Virus record (IMG/VR): IMGVR_UViG_3300044623_000784
Location: 54,085-118,084 of that record
Origin: a virus
Strand: one strand, 5' to 3'
Length of the DNA stretch: 64,000 nucleotides
Made by a program: the position numbers and the translations under genes. Below the pieces are notes generated by a model. That model was not told where the DNA came from. It made no database searches and saw only the letters and a program-made list of their open reading frames with translations. Shown piece by piece: positions 39,091-46,934 of the stretch; the first letter of the stretch is position 1, and each line of letters begins with the position of its first letter.

Positions 39091-41106
39091 TTACTTAAGA
39101 AGTGTACCCATAACAGTAACTGTTGAGTCATTGTTAGCGGTTGTTACCTGTAGTTGTACGTTTGCTCCTGAAATACCTGCTGAAACTGATGACGCTGAGC
39201 CATTTGTTCCAACAATTCCGTATTCAGTGATTGCAATGTTATCTGAAGAGTCAAGTGTCAAAAGGACCTTTGATATTTCAGTATGTGTTCCGTAGGCAAC
39301 CTTTACAAGGTATTCTGCTGAACGGTAGTCAGCCTTTGCGAAGGCGTGTGCTACTTGAATTCCTGCTGTTGGTGCTGAAAGTGTTGCTGCAACCTGCTTA
39401 GCAACTGAGTTTAACTCAACTGCTGTAAAGTTTGGAACAACTGCTTCAAGAGCGTCTACTGCACGAACATCTGTGAAGTACTTGTTTGTTGTACCTTCTA
39501 CAAGGTCATCAGTATCAGAATCTGCTACACCGTTTTCTGCGGTAATAGTAAGTCCTGAACCATTTCCTGTAATTGTGATATTAGTCTTTGTAGCACCAAC
39601 CAAAAGGTCTGCTGCTGAAGTCTTGGCACGAGCATCTGTGAAGTAAAGGTTTGTAGAACCCTCTTCAATGTCATCTGTGTTAAGTTCATCAATTGCATCG
39701 CCAATTGTTCCACCTACAGCGTCAATTGCTCGCTGGTTTGTGAAGTAAAGGTTTGCTGAACCTTCTTCAATATCATCTGTGTCAAGTGCGTCTGCGTGAT
39801 CAATTGCTGCTTGCTGTGCAAGACCAATTTCTGTGCCTGTCTTATATGCTGACCAAACTTCTGCTGAAGAAGATGATGCATCATTGATCAAGTCGTCTGC
39901 GTAGTCTTTTGCATCTTGTTCTGCTGTATCAGCGTATGACTGGTAAGCAGTTGTGATTAAGCCTTCACGAGTGTCTGTGTATGCCTTAGCATCGTCTTCT
40001 GCTGTGTTAGCATAACCCTGTGCTGCTGCATCAAGAGTTGAAATTTCTCCATCTACATAACCCTTTGTTGCTGCATGTAATGTAAGTGTTGGTGCACCTG
40101 GAAGAACCAAGTCTCCAGTCATTGTATCGCCAGACTTTGCTACTCTACCAGCAACGGCTGCTGCTGCATCTGTAGCATAGTTTGGATTATCTGCAATTGC
40201 TGCAGCCAATTCATTAAGTGTATCTAGAAGTTCTGGTGCTGAATCTACAAGATCTGCAACCTTGCCGTCTGTGTAAGAGTTAGCGTCTGCAATTGCTTGA
40301 CCCTTAGCAGTTGCAATAGCAGAGTTACGGTTTGTAACTTCTGTGTTAATTGCTGAAGTAATTGCTGAGTTACGATCTGTAACTTCTGTTGCAATCTTTC
40401 CATCTGTGTAAGTGTTTGCATCCGCTTCTGCTGTATTAGCCTTTGAGGTAGCGTCTGCTGATGCTGTTGAAATTGCATCTGCTTCTGCTTGATCTGCATA
40501 GCCTTGTGTTGCAAGAACATCTGCACCCCACTTGACTGAAGAACCTGCTGCTGGAGTAAGAACGATATGAGAATCAGAATTGATTGTCATTGCTCCTGCG
40601 CCAGTGAAGTTAAGTGTATCTCCAATAGTCTTGTTTGTTAATGTTTGTGTGTTGGTTGTTCCAACTACCGCACCTGTTGCACCGTGTGCGACTGTAGCAT
40701 TTTCGTGATCTGTAAGATCTGATGCTACTGCGTTTGCTGCTGTAGTTGCTGATCCTGCTGCATCATATGCAGCGTTAGTTGCATCAAGTGCTCTTTGGTT
40801 TGTGAAGTAAAGGTTTGAACCTTCTGCAAGATCTCCAGTGTCATGGTTTGAAATATCTGATACTTGACCAGTTACGTCACCAGTTAAATCTGCTGTAATT
40901 GTTCCTGCAGCAAAGTTACCATTAGCATCACGCTTTACAACTTTGTTTGCTTCGTTAGCAGATGTGGCTGTTCCGCCAATAAGATTAACTACGTAATCTT
41001 GATCTGCTTGCTTCTTTGTAAGAACGTCAAAACCGTTAACTGTCGCTGTTGTACCTTCAACGATTAAACCACTCTTAATTTTAAAATCTTTATTTACTGT
41101 TGCCAT
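39091..41106 (-). CDS. long fibre-like structural protein
   Basis: DTDDIEEGSxNLYFT repeats, LDTLNELAAAI, coiled coil, C-terminal YRSAEYLV...TEYG domain. Confidence 0.78.
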   Translation of the reverse strand: MATVNKDFKIKSGLIVEGTTATVNGFDVLTKKQADQDYVVNLIGGTATSANEANKVVKRDANGNFAAGTITADLTGDVTGQVSDISNHDTGDLAEGSNLYFTNQRALDATNAAYDAAGSATTAANAVASDLTDHENATVAHGATGAVVGTTNTQTLTNKTIGDTLNFTGAGAMTINSDSHIVLTPAAGSSVKWGADVLATQGYADQAEADAISTASADATSKANTAEADANTYTDGKIATEVTDRNSAITSAINTEVTNRNSAIATAKGQAIADANSYTDGKVADLVDSAPELLDTLNELAAAIADNPNYATDAAAAVAGRVAKSGDTMTGDLVLPGAPTLTLHAATKGYVDGEISTLDAAAQGYANTAEDDAKAYTDTREGLITTAYQSYADTAEQDAKDYADDLINDASSSSAEVWSAYKTGTEIGLAQQAAIDHADALDTDDIEEGSANLYFTNQRAIDAVGGTIGDAIDELNTDDIEEGSTNLYFTDARAKTSAADLLVGATKTNITITGNGSGLTITAENGVADSDTDDLVEGTTNKYFTDVRAVDALEAVVPNFTAVELNSVAKQVAATLSAPTAGIQVAHAFAKADYRSAEYLVKVAYGTHTEISKVLLTLDSSDNIAITEYGIVGTNGSASSVSAGISGANVQLQVTTANNDSTVTVMGTLLK

Positions 41107-41123
41107 TTTTTATATCTCCTTAG

Positions 41124-41570
41124 TTATGCCTTAAGTCCAATTCGTGCAAAACGAACTGTGACTGGCTTGATCGCTGGGTCTGGAGTGACTGTTAAGGCCA
41201 CGGTATTTCCAGTGCGAGAGACATTAATGGTGCCAATATTCCCATCATTGTCGATTGTTCCGTATTCGCTGACACTTACATTTGTACCGTCAACGAGAAT
41301 TGTTAGTTCGGTTGCATAGAACTTATTGTCCCCTGCAGAGGTCTTTGATATTGAAACAATATACTTGACCATACGCCAAACTGTAGCGTCAAAGTTATCA
41401 ACAACAGTTACGTTCTCAATACCAGTGATTGTATTTTCATTGTTACCAGCAGAACCCAAATCTGTTGCTTGGGCTGATGCGGTGTCAATTAAATCTTCAT
41501 AATTTTCTTGAGTAGGTCTATCTCCTGTTTGAAATAGAGTCTTAACTGATGGAATTGATACTTTAGCCAT
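41124..41570 (-). CDS. structural protein sharing the C-terminal domain of 39091-41106
   Basis: FQTGDRPTQENYEDLID; WRMVKYIV...SEYGTI. Confidence 0.65.
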   Translation of the reverse strand: MAKVSIPSVKTLFQTGDRPTQENYEDLIDTASAQATDLGSAGNNENTITGIENVTVVDNFDATVWRMVKYIVSISKTSAGDNKFYATELTILVDGTNVSVSEYGTIDNDGNIGTINVSRTGNTVALTVTPDPAIKPVTVRFARIGLKA

Positions 41571-41602
41571 ATCGATATTATATCACCTGTTTAATAAGAC
41601 TA

Positions 41603-41827
41603 TTAGAGGATGTAGTTGCTATATCCAATAACCTGTAGTGGAATTGCTGGGGTATTGCCCAAACCAATAGCCACAATTTGAATGGCTGAAAACTTAACTC
41701 TAAAAGGAAGTATGTCTGTGATTACGGTGTTTCTTGTTATTTCTTCTACTTGAACTACAGGATAATCAATAGAAAAAATTTTTTTGGTTTTACCATTAAG
41801 TTCATCAAGTATTAATGCCGTGGCCAT
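41603..41827 (-). CDS. hypothetical protein
   Basis: 74 aa; TAATG coupling. Confidence 0.6.
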   Translation of the reverse strand: MATALILDELNGKTKKIFSIDYPVVQVEEITRNTVITDILPFRVKFSAIQIVAIGLGNTPAIPLQVIGYSNYIL

Positions 41828-42243
41828 TAATCTGTTACATCTTCAAGGATAACCATGCTACCCTGGCAAACTGTCCAGACTCTTGTTGGGTCGCTAACCT
41901 GAATATCAAAGATGTCTCCTGTCTGCAAGACATTGGATTCTTCTGCTGTAAGCCAAACTGTAAACTCTCCAACAAGGTCATCTTCATCTGCAACTGGATG
42001 CAAAGCCATTATTGTAGTTGCATTATCAGTGATGACTCCTTTGTCTGATGCAAGGGTTGGTCTTTTAATCTTCATGGCAATGTCCCACTCAGATCCAACA
42101 CCCTTTAAAATTAACGGGACCTTTGCATCATCTGTAACATAAACCTTAAACCCAGAAGTATCTCCACGAACTACAGTCCAGACAACAGTTGGAGGCGGAT
42201 TGCCTACATTGTATAATGATTGAGATCCTCTTAAAGTTGCCAT
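41827..42243 (-). CDS. baseplate / fibre adaptor-like beta protein
   Basis: VVRGDTS motif shared with 51901-52281 (IVRGDTS) and 50300-51055 (YYKGDTF). Confidence 0.55.
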   Translation of the reverse strand: MATLRGSQSLYNVGNPPPTVVWTVVRGDTSGFKVYVTDDAKVPLILKGVGSEWDIAMKIKRPTLASDKGVITDNATTIMALHPVADEDDLVGEFTVWLTAEESNVLQTGDIFDIQVSDPTRVWTVCQGSMVILEDVTD

Positions 42244-42255
42244 AATGTTATTATA

Positions 42256-42822
42256 TCACGACAAACCGTCCTTGAGTGCACCCCAAGTACCGTTTCCTTT
42301 TGTTTGAACTATAATCATTCCACCAAGTGATTTAATTGCTTGAACTGCAACCACTCCAACATATCTTGCTGGGCCAGTTGATGGACGACCACTTACCAAG
42401 GCTCCGTTTTGATCTACATAAATTTTTGTTCCAGAAGTACCTAAATCTGTTGTGTTCATTTGTATAATTCCAGAAACAACAACAACTCCGTTTGTAGAAG
42501 GCAGTGTGTCCGATTGCATTAATCCAAGAATTGGGACATCTGGGTTATGAGTAGGACTTGATGGGTTGTATAATTCTACAGTTGGAATTGCTTTTCCTTC
42601 ATAAGTCGTTACCCCCGAAATAAATACTGGCTTTCCTGTTAAAATAGAAATAGATGAACTTACATTTCTTACGGGAGATGAAACACTTGTCATTCCTAAA
42701 GATGGCAGTATATTATTTAAAGCATCAACCAGTACTTTAAAGTCTCCGTGTACATTAACAGGATCTGACGCAATAGGGTACGTCATAGTAGGATAATTAG
42801 ATGCTGAGGATGTCTGTGGCAT
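42256..42822 (-). CDS. hypothetical structural protein
   Basis: YPIASDPVNVHGDFKVL N-terminus typical of actinophage minor tail proteins; beta-rich. Confidence 0.55.
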   Translation of the reverse strand: MPQTSSASNYPTMTYPIASDPVNVHGDFKVLVDALNNILPSLGMTSVSSPVRNVSSSISILTGKPVFISGVTTYEGKAIPTVELYNPSSPTHNPDVPILGLMQSDTLPSTNGVVVVSGIIQMNTTDLGTSGTKIYVDQNGALVSGRPSTGPARYVGVVAVQAIKSLGGMIIVQTKGNGTWGALKDGLS

Positions 42823-42848
42823 AATCTTTATTATACCACCCTCTAAAG

Positions 42849-42878
42849 TTGACTTTTGATAAATTTTTGTGTTATACT
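42849..42878 (+). promoter_or_regulatory. sigma70/SigA-type promoter for the transglycosylase
   Basis: TTGACT-N18-TATACT with extended TGT. Confidence 0.7.
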
Positions 42879-42925
42879 AGGTAGTAACACCTACCAAGGT
42901 GTTATTGTTTTCTAAGGAGGAAACT

Positions 42926-43489
42926 ATGATTAAATTTATCGAAAGAAACAAAGAGATCATTAGCACACTCAGTATCGTAGCATTAGTAACTGTTTTGTCG
43001 AACGGAGCCAATGCTGATTCGGGTCTTGATACTAAAAACAACTTGAGCATAGAACAGGCTCAGACATCGGAAACCGCCTCGAAAGAGGTTTTTTTGGTTT
43101 CTAAAGCAAAAAAACTAGAGAGTTTTGAGAACAAGGTTTCTCTGACTGATTTAGAACTAAAGGAACTGCTTTCGCTAGTAGGATTCAAGGGTAAAGACCT
43201 TGTAGTTGCTTGGGCAGTTGCTAAAAAGGAGTCTAATGGGCGACCACTGGCTTTTAATGGCAACCACAAGACTGGTGATTCATCTTATGGAATGTTCCAA
43301 ATCAATATGATTGATACCCTTGGTCCTGATCGTAGGACTAAGTTTGATCTTGACTCTAATGCCGAACTCTTCAACCCCGTCAAGAATGCAGAGATTGCAT
43401 ACTACATGACAAATGGTGGAGAAGATTGGTCTTCTTGGAAGGGCATTACTCCAAAGACCAGAATGTGGATGAATAAATTTCCTAAATAA
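42926..43489 (+). CDS. exported lysozyme-like lytic transglycosylase (SLT-type)
   Basis: AGGAGG SD; signal peptide (LSIVALVTVLSNGANA); AVAKKESNG catalytic Glu; SYGMFQIN; DWSSW. Confidence 0.82.
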   Translation: MIKFIERNKEIISTLSIVALVTVLSNGANADSGLDTKNNLSIEQAQTSETASKEVFLVSKAKKLESFENKVSLTDLELKELLSLVGFKGKDLVVAWAVAKKESNGRPLAFNGNHKTGDSSYGMFQINMIDTLGPDRRTKFDLDSNAELFNPVKNAEIAYYMTNGGEDWSSWKGITPKTRMWMNKFPK

Positions 43490-43499
43490 TCTATAAAAT

Positions 43500-43536
43500 A
43501 ATATACCCCCTTGGAGAAATCCTTGGGGGTATTTTA
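43500..43536. terminator. bidirectional terminator between convergent genes
   Basis: ATACCCCC...GGGGGTAT inverted repeat flanked by A/T runs. Confidence 0.7.
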
Positions 43537-44337
43537 TTATCTAAAATTAACTTCTGACTTAACCCCATCTGAGAAAGTGTAAGAAGGGAACCAGCCAAGA
43601 AGATCTCTGTTATCTATTTCTGATAGAACTGTTAGGTCTGGCAAATTTAAAACGGTATAAGTAATAGTAACACCATTAGCCTTATACTCGTTTACCAGAT
43701 CAATCATAGTAAACTGGTTTCCAGTAAAAATATCTGTAAGCAAAAAGTCGTTATCCTTAAGATACTCAATAGATAGTACATTGGCTTTTGCTATATCTAA
43801 AATATGGACATAGTCTCTTGTTGAAGAAACGCTATTAATGTTTATATTTGGATTTTTACTAATTATTGAAAATATGTTTCCACCTTGCTCATCCTTTATT
43901 TTGTCAGATTTTCCAACAATGTTAAAATATCTTAAAATAACAAGTTTTTTACATAAAATTTTTAATATTTTTTCTTCTAAAAGTTTTGATTTGGCATATG
44001 GGTTGTATGGATTATATATTGCTGCAGAGGATGCAAATATAACTGGTATATTTAAAACCTTAGAAACTAAAGCAACAGACAAGGTAGATCCTATATTGTT
44101 TAAATAATAAAGAATAGGGTTTTTTACAGACTCTGTAATTGATTTTTTAGCAGACAGGTGAATTATTGCTTTTGGTTTTTTTAAAGACAAACAAAATAGT
44201 TTAAATATGTTTCTTGTGTCATTGTTATTTTTTTTATCAAACTCTATAACGTTATATCCATTTTTTATTAAAAGTTCTTTTGTTGCTGATCCAACATAAC
44301 CAAATGATCCAGTCAAAACTACGCTAGCAGTTTTCAA
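43537..44337 (-). CDS. NAD-dependent nucleotide-sugar epimerase (GalE-like extended SDR)
   Basis: VLTGSFGYVGS, ASSAAIY, YAKSK, LRYFN and RDYVHILDIA. Confidence 0.85.
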   Translation of the reverse strand: MKTASVVLTGSFGYVGSATKELLIKNGYNVIEFDKKNNNDTRNIFKLFCLSLKKPKAIIHLSAKKSITESVKNPILYYLNNIGSTLSVALVSKVLNIPVIFASSAAIYNPYNPYAKSKLLEEKILKILCKKLVILRYFNIVGKSDKIKDEQGGNIFSIISKNPNININSVSSTRDYVHILDIAKANVLSIEYLKDNDFLLTDIFTGNQFTMIDLVNEYKANGVTITYTVLNLPDLTVLSEIDNRDLLGWFPSYTFSDGVKSEVNFR

Positions 44338-45241
44338 CTATTTCACCATTTATAAAATCAAGCCCAGCAAATGTTCCATATTCTAGAAGAGTTCTTTCAT
44401 TTCCAAGCAACATATCTCCAACTGTTCCTTCTGTTAAAGTTTTATAGATTAATTGTTTAGATACTAAATCTAAACGGTTAAATTCATCAGGGTAGTCTGT
44501 CCAAAGAATCTTTCTCTTATTTATTTCACCTGCAATGTTGTGATTATAGTAAAGATGATACATATACTGCTCATCAGGAACTAATATGTCATACCCATGC
44601 GTGTAGGCCCTTGCTGCCAACCATATTTCTTCTCCGTAAAATGCAATGTCTGTGTTGAAAGGTAAAAATCCTTTAACAGTAAATATTGATCCTCCAGATA
44701 CTGACTTTACAAATCTATTTCCATCGAGGATCGGCATTGCTGTTTGTTGTGGAATTCTTGTTAGCCTAAACTGATCTGGCTTTTCATGAAATGAGATATT
44801 AGATAAGTGGCCAGGTGGTAGAAAATCTTTTTCTACAAACTTAGCGGTTGCAGATGGATACCAGTAATTTGCTGGGTACATTGTAAGAAGTGGTTTGTGA
44901 ATTCCCTGAATTTGATAATTTAAAACCGAGTTTATGGCAACTTCGTCCCAACCACTAATAAATCTAGAATGTGAGTCGCATTGAAGATAATAATCTTCGC
45001 CATCATAAAATTGATGAGCAAGGGCTCTTCCGATTCCCAAACCAATATTTTCTGGAGCCTTGCTTTCAGCATGCTTAACATTAGGCAAATCAGGAACATT
45101 AATCTCTGATTCATCTACATAAACTGTGTGAACACCAAAATTAATTGTGTGGTTCCCAGATGACTGCTTTATTGCATCTAGAATTGTAGGGGTTACCTCT
45201 AAATCTCTATATGCTGCTATCTGAACAAATATGCTGGCCAT
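44324..45241 (-). CDS. GlcNAc transferase, Skp1 Gnt1 / GT60-like
   Basis: SIFVQIAAYRD, EDYYLQCDSHSRF...WD and FYGEEIWLAARAYTHGYDI...HLY are hallmarks of the GlcNAc (Gnt1-type) family. Confidence 0.82.
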   Translation of the reverse strand: MASIFVQIAAYRDLEVTPTILDAIKQSSGNHTINFGVHTVYVDESEINVPDLPNVKHAESKAPENIGLGIGRALAHQFYDGEDYYLQCDSHSRFISGWDEVAINSVLNYQIQGIHKPLLTMYPANYWYPSATAKFVEKDFLPPGHLSNISFHEKPDQFRLTRIPQQTAMPILDGNRFVKSVSGGSIFTVKGFLPFNTDIAFYGEEIWLAARAYTHGYDILVPDEQYMYHLYYNHNIAGEINKRKILWTDYPDEFNRLDLVSKQLIYKTLTEGTVGDMLLGNERTLLEYGTFAGLDFINGEIVENC

Positions 45242-46245
45242 TAGTCACCCCAAATCGCATGAACGCATGTTCTGCAGAAGTTTTCAAATGACTTAACTGT
45301 CATTAACTTATGCTCAATGCTCATCCATATATCGCTAATTGGCTTATCGTTTATATTTCCAAATACCGTTTCAAAATCGTAGTCATTACAACAAATAAAG
45401 GTGTCTCCATTAGCAGCAACGTGTAGCCATCCATTTGGTCTGCCACCTACTTCTCTTCCGTTACCACAACCAACTACTCTTTCCTTGCCTTTTTTCTCTT
45501 TGCTCTCAATAGCAGCCTTATTTGTAATAATTTGATGAGTATCTAAGTGACCATTTCTATCTACAAGGTATGGCATTTCGTATACTTGTAGTCCAGGAAA
45601 CTTTTCTCTCCAACCATTTGTCATTCTTGCAAGTAATCCAGTTTCAAGATCTATGTCCATTTCTGGAGCATTTTTTAACTGTTGAATCCAACCACCATAC
45701 TCTACAAGAGAATTTTTATTAATACCGTTTACTTGTATTGACATGGCTTTGCTTGTTACCATATCTGGCAACTGCTCTACCGCATATGTCACCTGCTCTA
45801 TTAATTTATCAAACATTTTTACGGGTTTTCCTGTTGCTTTTGCCCATTCTTCTGGATCTGATGCAGGAATATTAAAACAAATACCATGAACAACATCTTG
45901 ATATTCTCTAATAAGGTCAGTTCTTGCTTTAGTTAGTGGCGTTCCATTAGTTAACACAATGGTTCTTATCTTGTTTTTTCTTAAAACCTCTAGCATTTCT
46001 GGAAAGTACTTATAAAGAAGAACTTCGTTGTAGTGTGCCGTATATATAAAATCAAAATTATCAGAAACAAACGTGCCTTTACCTGCAACAAGTTGATTAA
46101 TAATGCTTTCAAAGGTTTCAATTGGCATATTTGTTCTTTGTGCCAAAGGATTTTCTGCATATCTTACTGGACAAAACCAACAGCCTACATTACAAAGACC
46201 ATTGGGGTCAATTTGTGCCATTGATATTTTGTATTGATATTTCAT
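45241..46245 (-). CDS. radical SAM protein with a SPASM/twitch domain
   Basis: CNVGCWFC; LTNG; C-terminal GC...NGDTFICCND...FGNI...IW...CRTC. Confidence 0.88.
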   Translation of the reverse strand: MKYQYKISMAQIDPNGLCNVGCWFCPVRYAENPLAQRTNMPIETFESIINQLVAGKGTFVSDNFDFIYTAHYNEVLLYKYFPEMLEVLRKNKIRTIVLTNGTPLTKARTDLIREYQDVVHGICFNIPASDPEEWAKATGKPVKMFDKLIEQVTYAVEQLPDMVTSKAMSIQVNGINKNSLVEYGGWIQQLKNAPEMDIDLETGLLARMTNGWREKFPGLQVYEMPYLVDRNGHLDTHQIITNKAAIESKEKKGKERVVGCGNGREVGGRPNGWLHVAANGDTFICCNDYDFETVFGNINDKPISDIWMSIEHKLMTVKSFENFCRTCVHAIWGD

Positions 46246-46246
46246 A

Positions 46247-46477
46247 TTACCACTTACCTATTGGACACTTGGCTGCTTCAAGTTTAGTTTTTATAGACAT
46301 AATGCATCCACACTTTTTGCATTGAGAGGTTAAAGAAATTAACTCTGGGCATGCTCTACATATTGACATTCTTGATGCTGCTAAATCATCGGCAGCATGT
46401 TTTGTCATTGGGTTTAGTAAGTCTAATGGAGTTACTCCATTTTTTTCTTTATATTTTTCCCATGCTGACTTTGACAT
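46247..46477 (-). CDS. small Cys-rich metal-binding protein (DUF6171-like)
   Basis: RMSICRACP...CKKCGC...CPIGKW. Confidence 0.7.
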   Translation of the reverse strand: MSKSAWEKYKEKNGVTPLDLLNPMTKHAADDLAASRMSICRACPELISLTSQCKKCGCIMSIKTKLEAAKCPIGKW

Positions 46478-46517
46478 TTGTTCTCCCTAAATAGTTGTTA
46501 TTCTATTATACACGATA

Positions 46518-46934
46518 TCACTCAGTGTATTGTGGCTGTGTTGGAGCCCAAGGAATTAAATCTGCCATGTCTCTATTCGTTATAGTAAATTTTTCTCCGT
46601 CAAAAGTGGCATTTGGAGATTGAACATATCTTCCATATGGGTAGTCTCTTAAATCAAGAACTAATGGATTGCTTAATAAGACGCTTCCAAAATATTCAGA
46701 AGTTTGTAATTCATTGATCATTGATCCATCTTTAATAAATCTAACTGTTATCCCGTCATGATTTGGATAACTTTGAGATACATCAATTACTGTATTGCTA
46801 GACATAAACATTTCTTTATATTCGTTCCATGTTGGTATATCATATATGCATTGTCCATCAATTACCCAAACTAACGGTACTCCATTTATACCGTCGTTTC
46901 CTCTAACAAACTGTATATCTATATCTGTTAACAA
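46518..46934 (-). CDS. hypothetical protein, possible fibre accessory
   Basis: GGAGG SD before TTG at 46934, overlapping the mucin-like gene stop; ends with NATFDGEKF. Confidence 0.6.
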   Translation of the reverse strand: MLTDIDIQFVRGNDGINGVPLVWVIDGQCIYDIPTWNEYKEMFMSSNTVIDVSQSYPNHDGITVRFIKDGSMINELQTSEYFGSVLLSNPLVLDLRDYPYGRYVQSPNATFDGEKFTITNRDMADLIPWAPTQPQYTE

